NCBI GenBank assembly: GCA_038328055.1
Contig: JBBQLQ010000001.1
Location: 3,816-67,815 of the forward strand
Direction of reading: 5' to 3'
Source of the DNA: Burkholderiales bacterium
GTDB lineage: Bacteria; Pseudomonadota; Gammaproteobacteria; Burkholderiales; Burkholderiaceae_C
Length of the DNA stretch: 64,000 nt
The translations under genes and the position numbers were made by a program. Below the pieces are notes generated by a model. That model had not been told where the DNA came from and did not search any database. It was given only the letters and a program-made list of their open reading frames with translations. This document shows, piece after piece, positions 30,447 to 40,425 of the stretch (within the stretch, counting starts at the first letter, position 1; each line of letters starts with the position of its first letter).

Positions 30447-32747
30447 TCAGGCGATGTCCTTGGCCCTTTGAACCTTGATGACGACCGCAGTGCGCTGCAA
30501 ATTTTTAAGCACCGTATCGAGCTGGGCCACATCACGCACGGCAATCGTGAAGCGCATGTCCATGGTGCCCTGAGCCGCTTCGTTGGGCATGTCAATGTGG
30601 GTGATGTCGGCCTCGGCTGCTGCCAACACGCCGGCGACCTTGGCCAACACACCCCGGCCGTTGTTGATGGTCACCACAATGCCGGTTTCAAACGAACGAA
30701 CCGGCTCATCGGCCCACTCCACGTGGATAAAGCGTTCGCTGTCCTTGTGCTGGAGTTTTTTCGCGACCTGGCAGTCGCTGGCGTGCACCGTCAGGCCTTC
30801 GCCACGGCCCAGGTAGCCCACAATGCTGTCGCCGGGTATGGGTTTGCAGCAGCTGGCAAAGCGTACCGACGTGTTTTCGCTGCCGTCAATCGACAGGCTA
30901 CCCTGGGCGATGGATTCCCCGGCTGCAAAGCGCTCACGCGTCAGCAGCAGGGCATCGGGCTTTTCACCGCTGTCAGCCAACAGTTTGGCCAGACGCTTGG
31001 CCACAATGCTGGCGATGCGCTTGCCCAGGCCCATGTCGGTCATCAATTCGGCACGGTTTCTGTTGCCAGAAAAACGCAGCAGCTTTTCCCAGATGAGCTG
31101 GTTGGCATGCTTGTCGTCTGGCAAATTCTCGATGCCCTCGGCCCGCATGGCCTGAGCCAGCATTCTTTCGCCAAGCTGTTCTGATTCAACCTGTGCCAGC
31201 GTTTTCAGGTGTTGCCTGATTTTTGAGCGTGCCCGGGCGGTTCGCACAAAGCCCAGCCAAGCCGGGTTGGGTGTGGCATCCGGTGCGGTGATGACCTCAA
31301 CCACATCGCCATTTTTTACCTCAGTACGCAGCGGAACCAGTTCATTGTTGAGGATGGCCGAGCGGGCGTGATCGCCAACATTGCTGTGAATCGCGTAGGC
31401 AAAATCAATGATGGTGGCACCGCGTGGCAGCGCCATGATCTGGCTTTTCGGGGTAAACACATAAATGGCATCGGGAAACAGATCAACCTTGACATGCTCC
31501 CAAAACTCGGCTGCATCACGGGTTTCATCCTGAATGTCGAGCAAAGACTGCAACCATTTGGAGCCCATGCGGTCATTTTGGGTGATGTCACCCTGATCCG
31601 TTTGCTTGTACAGCCAGTGGGCGGCCACACCCGTTTCTGCCACCAGGTGCATGGCCTGCGTGCGAACCTGAAATTCAACATTGATGCTCGATGGGCCGAC
31701 CAAGGTGGTGTGCAAGGATTGGTAGCCGTTGATCTTGCTGATGGCGATGTGGTCTTTGAACTTGCCGGGAACCGGTTTGTAAAGCTGGTGCAACAGCCCG
31801 ATCGCGGTGTAGCTGTCAATCAGGTGTGGCACGATCACGCGAAAGCCGTAGATGTCGGTCACCTGGGCAAAGCTCAGGCTCTTCTCATCCATTTTTTTGT
31901 AAATGGAGTAGATGGTTTTTTCCCGCCCGGCAATTCTGGTTTGCATGTCAAAACGGGCAAAGACCGCTTCCACATCAGACTGCACTTTCTGGATCAGATC
32001 ACGCCGGCGGCCGCGCGCCTTGGCCACCGCTTTTGACAAAATGGCGTAGCGCCACGGGTGCAGGAATTTGAATGACAAATTCTGCAACTCGCGGTAAGTC
32101 TGGTTCAAACCCAGGCGGTAGGCAATGGGTGCATAGATTTCCAGCGTTTCAGCCGCGATTCTGGGCCACTTGTCACGTGGCGCGTCAGACAGGGTGCGCA
32201 TGTTGTGCATGCGGTCAGCCAGCTTGATCAGGATGACTCGCACATCGCGCGCCATGGCCAGCAGCATTTTGCGAAACGACTCGGCCTGGTTTTCTTCTCG
32301 CGTGTTGAAGTGCAGTTTTTCGAGTTTGGTCAGCCCGTCTACCAGTTCCGCCACGGGCGAGCCAAAACGCTCGATCAAATCAGGTTTGGTAATGCCGCAG
32401 TCTTCCATGGCATCGTGCAACAGGGCGGCCATCAAGGCCTGGGCATCCAGTTTCCACTCGGCACACTGGCAGGCTACCGCAATCGGGTGGGTGATGTAAG
32501 GCTCGCCGCTGTTTCTGAGCTGACCTAAATGCGCTTCATCGGCAAAGCGGTAAGCCTTGCGTACATTGGCCAGCTCGGAGGGGTTGAGGTAGTCGAGCTT
32601 GCTGGTCAGGCTTGCAAAGCTGGCTGCCGCTGCATTGACTTCAGCCGAGCTGGGCTGTGGGTTGGCCGGGCGCGCCGGGGCCGACTTGGCAGGTGGACTG
32701 GGGTTGGTGGGCGCGGTCATGCTTGAAATATAGCGCGCCTTGGGCAA
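30447..32747 (-). CDS. spoT: Bifunctional (p)ppGpp synthetase/hydrolase
   Basis: Intact HD motif (LLHDAMED), synthetase, TGS and ACT domains; follows gmk-rpoZ; start may be ATG 32720. Confidence 0.93.
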   Translation of the reverse strand: MPKARYISSMTAPTNPSPPAKSAPARPANPQPSSAEVNAAAASFASLTSKLDYLNPSELANVRKAYRFADEAHLGQLRNSGEPYITHPIAVACQCAEWKLDAQALMAALLHDAMEDCGITKPDLIERFGSPVAELVDGLTKLEKLHFNTREENQAESFRKMLLAMARDVRVILIKLADRMHNMRTLSDAPRDKWPRIAAETLEIYAPIAYRLGLNQTYRELQNLSFKFLHPWRYAILSKAVAKARGRRRDLIQKVQSDVEAVFARFDMQTRIAGREKTIYSIYKKMDEKSLSFAQVTDIYGFRVIVPHLIDSYTAIGLLHQLYKPVPGKFKDHIAISKINGYQSLHTTLVGPSSINVEFQVRTQAMHLVAETGVAAHWLYKQTDQGDITQNDRMGSKWLQSLLDIQDETRDAAEFWEHVKVDLFPDAIYVFTPKSQIMALPRGATIIDFAYAIHSNVGDHARSAILNNELVPLRTEVKNGDVVEVITAPDATPNPAWLGFVRTARARSKIRQHLKTLAQVESEQLGERMLAQAMRAEGIENLPDDKHANQLIWEKLLRFSGNRNRAELMTDMGLGKRIASIVAKRLAKLLADSGEKPDALLLTRERFAAGESIAQGSLSIDGSENTSVRFASCCKPIPGDSIVGYLGRGEGLTVHASDCQVAKKLQHKDSERFIHVEWADEPVRSFETGIVVTINNGRGVLAKVAGVLAAAEADITHIDMPNEAAQGTMDMRFTIAVRDVAQLDTVLKNLQRTAVVIKVQRAKDIA

Positions 32748-32763
32748 TTATGAGAATTTGCCA

Positions 32764-32794
32764 ATAAAAAAGCACCGACCAGCGGTGCTCTTTC
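32764..32794 (-). terminator. Intrinsic terminator-like hairpin after rpoZ
   Basis: AAAAAAGCACCG-ACCAG-CGGTGCTCTTT; U-tract on minus strand. Confidence 0.7.
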
Positions 32795-32815
32795 AAACTG
32801 ATGGGGCAATGTGGC

Positions 32816-33019
32816 TCAGAGTGGGACTTTTTTCAGCATCTCGATGCCAACTTTGCCCGCCGCAATTTCGCGCAGTGCGGTGACGCCTGGCTTGTTTTTG
32901 CTCTCAACCTTGGCCGTGTGGCCATGGCTGAGCATGCGTGCCCGGTAGGACGCGGCCAACACCAGTTGAAAGCGGTTGGGAATCTGCAGCAAGCAGTCTT
33001 CGACGGTAATACGGGCCAT
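32816..33019 (-). CDS. rpoZ: RNA polymerase omega subunit
   Basis: [27 protein letters not shown]. Confidence 0.96.
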   Translation of the reverse strand: MARITVEDCLLQIPNRFQLVLAASYRARMLSHGHTAKVESKNKPGVTALREIAAGKVGIEMLKKVPL

Positions 33020-33047
33020 GAATTCTCCAAAACCAGGGTGGGGCGCA

Positions 33048-33674
33048 CTAGGCAATGTGCAGCGCCTTGAATGTTTGCGCCCTTGCGCGACGCTGCGCAA
33101 GAAACTTGAGTCGCTGTGAGTGCACGATTGATTTGAGATCAAACAGCGCCTTGTCAAACGAGTCGTTGATTATAACGAAGTCAAATTGGTTCACCTGAGT
33201 GACCTCGGCGGCGGCGTTTTGCAGACGCACTTCAATCACGTCGGCTGAATCTTCACCGCGTCGCTCCAGACGCGAGCGCAGTTCTTCCCAACTCGGGGGC
33301 AAGATGAAGATGGTGACCGCATTGGCAAACAGTTGCTTGATTTGCAGTGCGCCCTGGTAATCGATTTCAAGAATGACATCGGCACCTTGCGCCATGCGGT
33401 CTTCAATGGCTTTTTTGGAGGTGCCATAGCGGTGGTTGTGTACATGCGCCCACTCGACAAACGCATTGGCCCCAACCATGGCATCAAATTCGGTCTCGGA
33501 GACGAAAAAATACTCGCGCCCGTGCTTTTCCTGGCCGCGTGGTGCGCGTGTGGTGTGCGATACCGACGGTTGAACATGCGAATCAAGTTCCAGCAAGGCC
33601 TTGACCAGGCTGGATTTTCCCGCGCCACTGGGGGCTGCGACAACAAACAAATTACCAGGGTAGTCCATGACCAA
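33048..33674 (-). CDS. gmk: Guanylate kinase
   Basis: [28 protein letters not shown]. Confidence 0.96.
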   Translation of the reverse strand: MVMDYPGNLFVVAAPSGAGKSSLVKALLELDSHVQPSVSHTTRAPRGQEKHGREYFFVSETEFDAMVGANAFVEWAHVHNHRYGTSKKAIEDRMAQGADVILEIDYQGALQIKQLFANAVTIFILPPSWEELRSRLERRGEDSADVIEVRLQNAAAEVTQVNQFDFVIINDSFDKALFDLKSIVHSQRLKFLAQRRARAQTFKALHIA

Positions 33675-33699
33675 TTACCTTTGACGTGGGGCAAACTGG

Positions 33700-34617
33700 C
33701 TATTCTATGTTTTGAACCTGCTCACGCATCTGCTCGATCAGCACCTTCATGTCCACTGAGATGTGCGTAAGCTCTAGCGCGGCCGACTTGGACCCCATGG
33801 TGTTGGCTTCGCGGTGCAGTTCCTGAATCAGAAAATCAAGGCGTTTGCCGATTTCACCGCCTTTTTTGATCAGACGCTCCAGCTCATCTAGGTGCGATAC
33901 CAGCCGCGTCAATTCTTCGGCCACGTCAATGCGAATGGCAAACGCGGTGGCCTCTGCCAGCGCGCGATCCTGCGCGGTTTCGGGGCGGGTTTTGTCATCC
34001 GTTAGCCCCATCGCATCGGCCCAGCGGTCCATGAAGCGCTGGCGCTGCTGGGCCACCAGTTGCGGAATCAGGGGCGCTGCCTGCGCTGCCAGCGCCCGCA
34101 ACTGGGCAATGCGGTCTTGCAGCATGACAGCCAGCCGGGCACCTTCGCGCGACCGGGCGGACAGCAGCGCATCCAGGGCTTGGTCGGTCAGGCTGAGGAT
34201 GTCTTGCGCCCAGTCTTGCTCAGCGCTGCTGTCGCTGCTGGTCAGGCGAATCACGTCGGCCACGCTCAGTGTCCGGGCGTCGGGCAGCCAGGCCTTGACG
34301 TTGTCCTGAATGGCGTTGAGGCGCTGCAACAAGCGGGGGGAGGGCTCCGCGATCAGCGTTTGGTTGGTGTTTTCTACCGATGCCCGCAATTCGACTTTGC
34401 CACGTTTGAGGCGCGCACCGAGCTTTTCCCGCAGCAGGGGCTCACTGGCGCGCAGCTCGTCGGGCAGCCGAAACGACAGGTCTAGAAATCGGCTGTTGAC
34501 CGAACGTATCTCAAGGCCGAGCCGGCTACCTGAACTTTTTTTGACCTCGCTGTCAGTGGAGTCGTGGGCGCCGCTGTGCTGGGCACTGGCATAGCCAGTC
34601 ATGCTGTAAACTGACAT
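33700..34617 (-). CDS. yicC: YicC/YloC family endoribonuclease
   Basis: SMTGY, SVNSRFLD, GKRLDFLIQELHREANT, EQMREQVQNIE. Confidence 0.93.
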   Translation of the reverse strand: MSVYSMTGYASAQHSGAHDSTDSEVKKSSGSRLGLEIRSVNSRFLDLSFRLPDELRASEPLLREKLGARLKRGKVELRASVENTNQTLIAEPSPRLLQRLNAIQDNVKAWLPDARTLSVADVIRLTSSDSSAEQDWAQDILSLTDQALDALLSARSREGARLAVMLQDRIAQLRALAAQAAPLIPQLVAQQRQRFMDRWADAMGLTDDKTRPETAQDRALAEATAFAIRIDVAEELTRLVSHLDELERLIKKGGEIGKRLDFLIQELHREANTMGSKSAALELTHISVDMKVLIEQMREQVQNIE

Positions 34618-34697
34618 TTGAATGTTTCTTCAATGAAATGTCTTTAAGAATAACCCGGTTCTGCTGTTGCTTGTTGCGCTTTGATTGAAAAAATAAT

Positions 34698-35705
34698 ATG
34701 TCCAAGGTAAAGCCTTCCCCTCTGCCCCCGGGTACCCTGATTGGCGGTTATCGGGTGATGCGCAGGGTGGCCGCCGGCGGTTTTGGCGTGGTGTACCTGG
34801 CCACCGATCTCGATGGCCTGCAAGTGGCGGTCAAGGAGTACCTGCCGGCTTCGCTGGCCACCCGCGAACCGGGCGCACTGTGCCCACAAGTTCCACCGGA
34901 AAAATTGTCGCTGTACCGCCTGGGCCTCAAGAGTTTTTTTGAGGAAGGGCGCTCGCTGGCGCAAATTTCGCACCCCTCCGTGGTGAGTGTGATGAATTTT
35001 TTCCGGGAAAACGAGACCGTTTACATGGTGATGAATTACCTTGACGGCGCCAGCCTGCAAGACTTCATCATCACGGCGCGCGACCTCAAACAGGACAAGG
35101 TGTTTCAGGAATCCACCATCCGCTCACTGTTTGATGAAATTTTGCGGGGCTTGCGCATTGTTCACCAACACAAGATGCTGCACCTGGACATCAAGCCGGC
35201 CAATATTTTCGTCACCGATGACAACCGCGCCGTGCTGATTGACTTTGGTGCGGCCCGTGAGGTCTTGAACAAAGAGGGCAACTTTGTGCGCCCGATGTAC
35301 ACCCCCGGCTTTGCCGCGCCAGAGATGTACCGGCGCGACAGTGTCATGGGGCCCTGGACGGACATTTATGCCGTGGGTGCCTGCATGTACGCCTGCATGC
35401 TGGGGTTTCCCCCCACCGAGGCACCGCAACGCGTGGGCAACGACCGCATGGAGCAGTCCCTCAAGCGCTTGCAAGGGGTGTATTCCGACAATCTGATCGA
35501 AATCGTGCAGTGGTGCATGGCGCTGGATCCAGCAACGCGCCCGCAAGCGGTTTTTGACCTGCAAAAAAAGCTCAACCAGGAAGCTGAGCTGCGCTACACC
35601 AAACTGGGCGTTGGGGCCAAAGTACGCATGCAATTTGAAAACCTGCTGTCCAATTCAAAAAAGCAGGCGCTCCGCAACAGCAAGACGGATAACAAACCCA
35701 AATGA
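34698..35705 (+). CDS. Hanks-type Ser/Thr protein kinase
   Basis: GGFGVVY, VAVKE, HLDIKPAN, DFG, APE. Confidence 0.93.
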   Translation: MSKVKPSPLPPGTLIGGYRVMRRVAAGGFGVVYLATDLDGLQVAVKEYLPASLATREPGALCPQVPPEKLSLYRLGLKSFFEEGRSLAQISHPSVVSVMNFFRENETVYMVMNYLDGASLQDFIITARDLKQDKVFQESTIRSLFDEILRGLRIVHQHKMLHLDIKPANIFVTDDNRAVLIDFGAAREVLNKEGNFVRPMYTPGFAAPEMYRRDSVMGPWTDIYAVGACMYACMLGFPPTEAPQRVGNDRMEQSLKRLQGVYSDNLIEIVQWCMALDPATRPQAVFDLQKKLNQEAELRYTKLGVGAKVRMQFENLLSNSKKQALRNSKTDNKPK

Positions 35706-36616
35706 AATTTTCAGTTTTTCAGGTCAGTCGCAAGGGCGGACGCGACGAAAACGAAGACCGGATGGGTTATTGCTACACCCGCGAATCCTTGATTTTTTTG
35801 TTGGCCGATGGCATGGGCGGGCACCCCGAGGGAGAGATGGCGGCCCAGCTGGCCTTGCAGACGATTTCGGAGATGTTTCAAAAACAGGCGCGGCCAAAAC
35901 TGGACGACGTGACAGTTTTTCTGACCAACGCGCTGTTGGCCGCCCAGCAGCAGATATTGCGTTACGCAGCCAACCGGGGCATGCTGGATTCGCCGCGCAC
36001 CACCCTTGTTGCGGCGGTCGTGCAGTCGGGCAATGTCACCTGGACGCATTGTGGCGACTCGCGCTTGTACCTGGTCAGGCAGGCCGAGTTGCTGAAACGC
36101 ACCCTAGACCACTCGCTGATTGAACGGTATCTGGCCAATGCATCGCTGGCCATTGAAGCCGAGTTTCCGAACCGCAACGCCTTGTACACCTGCCTTGGCT
36201 CGCCAACCAAGCCTATTTTTGGCGTGGTTGGGCCGGTGCCACTGCAACAGGGCGACCGCGTCATGCTGTGCTCGGACGGTTTGTGGTCAAACTTGTCCGA
36301 TGACGACATTGTTTTTGAACTGAGCGAGAAGCCGGTGGATGTCGCCGTGCCTGACATGGTTGAAAAAGCCCTGCGCCAGGGTGGCGCGTCATGCGACAAC
36401 GTCACCTGCATTGCCATGGCATGGGAAACGCCGGATTCGGCCGACTTTGCCCATGGCGGTATTTCTACCGAGTTGATCAACGACGGTGTCTTTGCCTCCA
36501 CGCTGCAAGTGGGCTGGCCCGACAGCACGATGGAGGACCTGGACGATGCCGCCATTGAGCGTTCGATCGCTGAAATCAATGACGCGATCCGGCGCAGCGC
36601 CGTTAAAAAATTCTGA
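35702..36616 (+). CDS. PP2C-family Ser/Thr phosphatase
   Basis: NEDR, ADGMGGH, GDSR, CSDGL, DN. Confidence 0.93.
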   Translation: MKFSVFQVSRKGGRDENEDRMGYCYTRESLIFLLADGMGGHPEGEMAAQLALQTISEMFQKQARPKLDDVTVFLTNALLAAQQQILRYAANRGMLDSPRTTLVAAVVQSGNVTWTHCGDSRLYLVRQAELLKRTLDHSLIERYLANASLAIEAEFPNRNALYTCLGSPTKPIFGVVGPVPLQQGDRVMLCSDGLWSNLSDDDIVFELSEKPVDVAVPDMVEKALRQGGASCDNVTCIAMAWETPDSADFAHGGISTELINDGVFASTLQVGWPDSTMEDLDDAAIERSIAEINDAIRRSAVKKF

Positions 36617-36637
36617 CCCTGTTTTTGAGAGATGTTT

Positions 36638-37366
36638 ATGAGTGAATTTTTACGCCTTGATGGCCGGGCCCCTGATGCCATGCGCCCGGTGCGCATCACG
36701 CGCCGCTACACCATGCATGCCGAGGGTTCGGTGCTGATCGAATTTGGCAACACCCAGGTGCTGTGTACCGCCTCGGTCGAAGAAAAAGTCCCCGGTCACA
36801 AAAAAGGCAGTGGTGAGGGCTGGGTGACTGCTGAATACGGCATGCTGCCACGCGCCACCCACAGCCGTAGCGACCGCGAGGCTGCGCGTGGCAAGCAAAC
36901 CGGACGCACCCAGGAAATACAGCGCCTGATCGGCCGTGCCCTGCGCAGCGTGTTTGACTTGAAACTTTTGGGCGAGCGCACCCTGCAACTCGACTGCGAC
37001 GTGCTGCAGGCCGACGGCGGCACCCGCACCGCAGCCATCACCGGCGCCTTTGTGGCCGCGCAAGATGCCGTCAACTGGCTCATCGGGCAAGGCAAGTTGA
37101 CCCAATCGCCGATCAAAGGTCATGTGGCGGCCATTTCGGTCGGCATTGTGCAAGGCGTGCCATTGCTTGACTTGGCGTATCTGGAAGACTCCGCCTGCGA
37201 CACCGACATGAATGTGGTGATGACGGGCTCCGGCCATTTTGTCGAAGTGCAGGGCACCGCTGAAGGCGCCGCATTTACCCGCACCGAGATGGACGCGCTG
37301 CTCGCGCTGGCCGACAAAGGCATCCGGGAGCTGGTTGTGTCGCAAAAGCATTCACTATCTAATTAA
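36638..37366 (+). CDS. rph: Ribonuclease PH
   Basis: [37 protein letters not shown]. Confidence 0.96.
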   Translation: MSEFLRLDGRAPDAMRPVRITRRYTMHAEGSVLIEFGNTQVLCTASVEEKVPGHKKGSGEGWVTAEYGMLPRATHSRSDREAARGKQTGRTQEIQRLIGRALRSVFDLKLLGERTLQLDCDVLQADGGTRTAAITGAFVAAQDAVNWLIGQGKLTQSPIKGHVAAISVGIVQGVPLLDLAYLEDSACDTDMNVVMTGSGHFVEVQGTAEGAAFTRTEMDALLALADKGIRELVVSQKHSLSN

Positions 37367-37407
37367 TAGCTATCTGCGCATACTCCGTAAGGGCTTGAGG
37401 TCTATTT
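37354..37407 (+). repeat. 54-bp dispersed motif copy 9 (spans rph stop, fills rph-rdgB gap)
   Basis: ACTA tctaattaa TAGC tatct GCGC atactccgt AAGGGCTTGAGGT cta TTT. Confidence 0.9.
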
Positions 37408-37410
37408 GTT

Positions 37411-38013
37411 ATGAAAATTGTACTGGCATCCAACAACCCTGGCAAGCTCGTTGAACTGCAAGCCATGTTTGCTCCGTTGGGGGTTGAGCTCATCACGCAG
37501 GGCAGCTTGGGCATTCCTGAAGCCCCCGAGCCGTTTCACACCTTCATTGAAAACGCGCTGGCCAAGGCGCGCCACGCGGCCGAGCACAGCGGCTTGCCGG
37601 CGGTGGCGGACGATGCCGGCCTGTGCGTCGATGCGTTTGGTGGCTTGCCCGGCGTGCAAACGGCTTTTTACGCCACGCGATTTGGTTACCCAAAAGGTGA
37701 TGACAACAACGTGCGCGCCTTGCTGGAGCAAATGAAGGACGTGGACAAGCGCCGCGCCGCGATGGTCAGCACGCTGGTGGCGGTGCGCGCGCCCAATGAC
37801 CCGGAGCCACTGGTGGCGGTGGGCCGCGTGGTGGGCGAGATCGCCCGTGCGCCGATTGGCACCAACGGCTTTGGCTTTGATCCGGTGATGTTTATCCCCG
37901 AATTTGGCAAGACCTTTGCCGAGCTGCCGATTGAGGTCAAAAACGCCAACAGCCACCGCGGCCGTGCAGCCAAAGCGATGGTGGCGTTGATGCGTGAGCG
38001 CTGGCTGGGGTGA
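37411..38013 (+). CDS. rdgB: dITP/XTP pyrophosphatase
   Basis: ASNNPGK, ENALAKA, ADDAG, GFGFDP, KNANSHRG. Confidence 0.94.
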   Translation: MKIVLASNNPGKLVELQAMFAPLGVELITQGSLGIPEAPEPFHTFIENALAKARHAAEHSGLPAVADDAGLCVDAFGGLPGVQTAFYATRFGYPKGDDNNVRALLEQMKDVDKRRAAMVSTLVAVRAPNDPEPLVAVGRVVGEIARAPIGTNGFGFDPVMFIPEFGKTFAELPIEVKNANSHRGRAAKAMVALMRERWLG

Positions 38014-39254
38014 TTGCGATTCACCCGGCGGCTGCGGGCGAGGTGCAAGAGGTGCTTGCCTTGCGCGACATCTTGCACACCCTGCGCACCGGTACCCTGC
38101 AACTCAAGTCCTTGCCGCCGCTGTCCCTCTATGTGCACTTGCCCTGGTGCCTGAAAAAGTGCCCGTATTGCGATTTCAATTCGCATGAAATGCGCGCCAG
38201 CGAGATGCCTGAGCAGCGCTACCTGGATGCGCTGATGGCCGATCTGGAGGCGGCCTTGCCATTGATCTGGGGGCGTGGCGTGCAGACCATTTTTATCGGC
38301 GGTGGTACGCCCAGCCTGTTCTCTGCGCAAGCCATTGAGCAATTGCTCTCGGGCATTCGGGCGCGGTTGCGGCTGGCGGCTGATTGTGAAATCACACTTG
38401 AAGCCAACCCCGGCACCTTTGAGAAAGACCGCTTCAAAGCCTATCGGGCCGCCGGTGTGACCCGCCTGTCGGTGGGCGTGCAGAGCTTCAACGACGATTT
38501 TTTAAAGGCGTTAGGCCGCGTGCATGACCGCGCTCAAGCCTTGGCAGCGGTCGAAGAAGCCGCACTGGCCTTTGATACCTTCAACATCGACTTGATGTAC
38601 GCGTTGCCGGGCCAGACGCTCGATGATTTGCGGCTGGACGTGGCCACCGCGCTGGCGCTCAAGCCGCAGCACCTGTCGATTTACCATCTGACGATTGAGC
38701 CCAACACGTTTTTTGCCAAGTACCCGCCGCAATCAGTTGATGACGACCTGGCCGCCGACATGCTGGACTTGATCACGGACATGACGGGGCAACTGGGCCT
38801 GCGCCGCTACGAAGTCTCGGCCTACGCCAAACCGGGTCATGCCTGCGCCCACAACATGAACTACTGGCAGTTTGGCGACTATCTGGGCATTGGTGCAGGG
38901 GCGCACAGCAAGCTCAGTTTTGCCCACCGCGTGGTACGGCAAGTGCGCCTGCGGGACCCGGCGCGCTACATGACGCAGGCGCTGGCAGGCAATGCCGTCA
39001 CCCAGGACGACGAGGTGCGCCGCACCGATTTGCCGTTTGAGTTCATGCTCAATGCCTTGCGGCTGGCCGATGGTTTTGACTTGTCACTGTTTGCCGAGCG
39101 CACCGGCCTGCCCATGACCGCCATTGCCCGTGGGCTGGCGCAGGCCGAGCGTCAGGGCTTGATGCAGTGCGATCTCCAGCATGCCAAGCCAAGCACCCGC
39201 GGCTTTGATTTTTTGAACGATCTGCAAGCGCTGTTCTTGCCCGCCGCGCGCTAA
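38010..39254 (+). CDS. hemW: Radical SAM heme chaperone
   Basis: YVHLPWCLKKCPYCDFNSH, GGGTPS, HNMNYW; after rdgB. Confidence 0.92.
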   Translation: MIAIHPAAAGEVQEVLALRDILHTLRTGTLQLKSLPPLSLYVHLPWCLKKCPYCDFNSHEMRASEMPEQRYLDALMADLEAALPLIWGRGVQTIFIGGGTPSLFSAQAIEQLLSGIRARLRLAADCEITLEANPGTFEKDRFKAYRAAGVTRLSVGVQSFNDDFLKALGRVHDRAQALAAVEEAALAFDTFNIDLMYALPGQTLDDLRLDVATALALKPQHLSIYHLTIEPNTFFAKYPPQSVDDDLAADMLDLITDMTGQLGLRRYEVSAYAKPGHACAHNMNYWQFGDYLGIGAGAHSKLSFAHRVVRQVRLRDPARYMTQALAGNAVTQDDEVRRTDLPFEFMLNALRLADGFDLSLFAERTGLPMTAIARGLAQAERQGLMQCDLQHAKPSTRGFDFLNDLQALFLPAAR

Positions 39255-39316
39255 GCCAGGCACGCCCGCAGGCGCTTGCGCTATAGTGGTTTTTCAGCTC
39301 GTCAAAGGAGTTCACC

Positions 39317-40000
39317 ATGTTCTTTGTGTACGGCACTTCAGGGCGCTTGTTTCGTGGCACCATGGAGCAGTTGCGCCAGATCGGGGGTGTGGGTGCCACA
39401 GTGCGCACCCATGCCGTGCGGCCGGTCGCGCGCGATGGGCGTGATACGGTTGCCGAAGCAGCTGCAGAATTTACCGAAACCCTGGCCAATGCGGCCGCTG
39501 GCGATGGGGCCGGAAAAAGCGCGCTGGCCGCCTATGCGCAAACGCAGAATAACGGGCAACAGCGCCACCCACTGGCCACGGTAAATGACCTGATGAGCCG
39601 TCAGGCTGTGACCTTGCCCGACACCGCAAGCGTGCAGCAAGCCTGGCAATTGCTCAGCGAAAAAGCACTCGGCCAGGCCCCGGTGGTGGACGCAAGCGGG
39701 CAGTTGATTGGCCTGCTGACGCGGGCCGATTTGCTCAAGCCCGAGCGCTTGCCATCACCCGACAGTCACGCGCTGGTCTGGCGCGCCATGCTGATGCAAA
39801 ACGTCAAGGACATCATGGCGACACCGGTGCCCAGCGTCGCGCCGGACTCAGACATCCGGCGGGTCGCACGTGTCTTGCTCGACACCGGTTTGCCCGGCCT
39901 GCCGGTGGTCGATGAGCAGGGTTTGGTGATTGGCTTTATTTCACGCTCGGATATTTTGCGGGCGGTGGTGACTGATCCGCCGCTGGATTTGTGGGGCTGA
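39317..40000 (+). CDS. CBS domain pair protein
   Basis: Two CBS repeats (APVVD..GQLIGLLTRAD; LPVVD..GLVIGFISRSD). Confidence 0.88.
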   Translation: MFFVYGTSGRLFRGTMEQLRQIGGVGATVRTHAVRPVARDGRDTVAEAAAEFTETLANAAAGDGAGKSALAAYAQTQNNGQQRHPLATVNDLMSRQAVTLPDTASVQQAWQLLSEKALGQAPVVDASGQLIGLLTRADLLKPERLPSPDSHALVWRAMLMQNVKDIMATPVPSVAPDSDIRRVARVLLDTGLPGLPVVDEQGLVIGFISRSDILRAVVTDPPLDLWG

Positions 40001-40421
40001 GCCGGTGGCTGCCTTGTGCATCAAAACAGGGCTTAAGCCTTGTTACGCCTGCGTCACTAGCTATCAAATTTGACATTGGTTGACATTGTCCGTTAACGCA
40101 CCAGTCGTAATCAGCGGTGAAATCCGAGCGCATCAGGCGCAACTCAGAGGGCGATTGAAGGGTGGGGGTGTACTCAAACCAGCCGTTTCGCAGCTGAGCG
40201 TCTTCGGGCGGCTCCATGCCGGCTGCAGAGCCCCGCACCCGGGCCTTGAGTGCATGCAACTCCGCGCGCTGGCCATCTGCGCTGGCCACCACGCCATAGT
40301 CTTCTTCCCAGCGCACTTTTTCGATCGAGTGGGTCCAGGCCAGGGTGAACTGTTCCACGGCTACAAATACGGGCATGGCGTGCAGTGCGCCAGCCAGCGT
40401 CAGGCAGACCCCGAGCAGCAT
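39936..40421 (-). CDS. DUF1850 protein (TAXI-TRAP associated)
   Basis: FTLAWTHSIEKVRWEEDY, RVRGSAAGMEPP; downstream of TAXI permease. Confidence 0.82.
   Translation of the reverse strand: MLLGVCLTLAGALHAMPVFVAVEQFTLAWTHSIEKVRWEEDYGVVASADGQRAELHALKARVRGSAAGMEPPEDAQLRNGWFEYTPTLQSPSELRLMRSDFTADYDWCVNGQCQPMSNLIASDAGVTRLKPCFDAQGSHRLSPTNPAADQSPPPAKYPSVK
40023..40076 (-). repeat. 54-bp dispersed motif copy 10 (inside DUF1850 CDS)
   Basis: Reverse strand: atgt caaatttga TAGC tagtg ACGC aggcgtaac AAGGCTTAAGCC ctg TTT (first box degenerate). Confidence 0.7.
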
Positions 40422-40425
40422 ATTT

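Noticed and set aside
33161-33190. dif/loxP-like AT-rich stretch (GTTGATTATAACGAAGTCAAAT)
   Set aside because: Encodes conserved FDFVIIND of Gmk; does not match XerC/XerD arms
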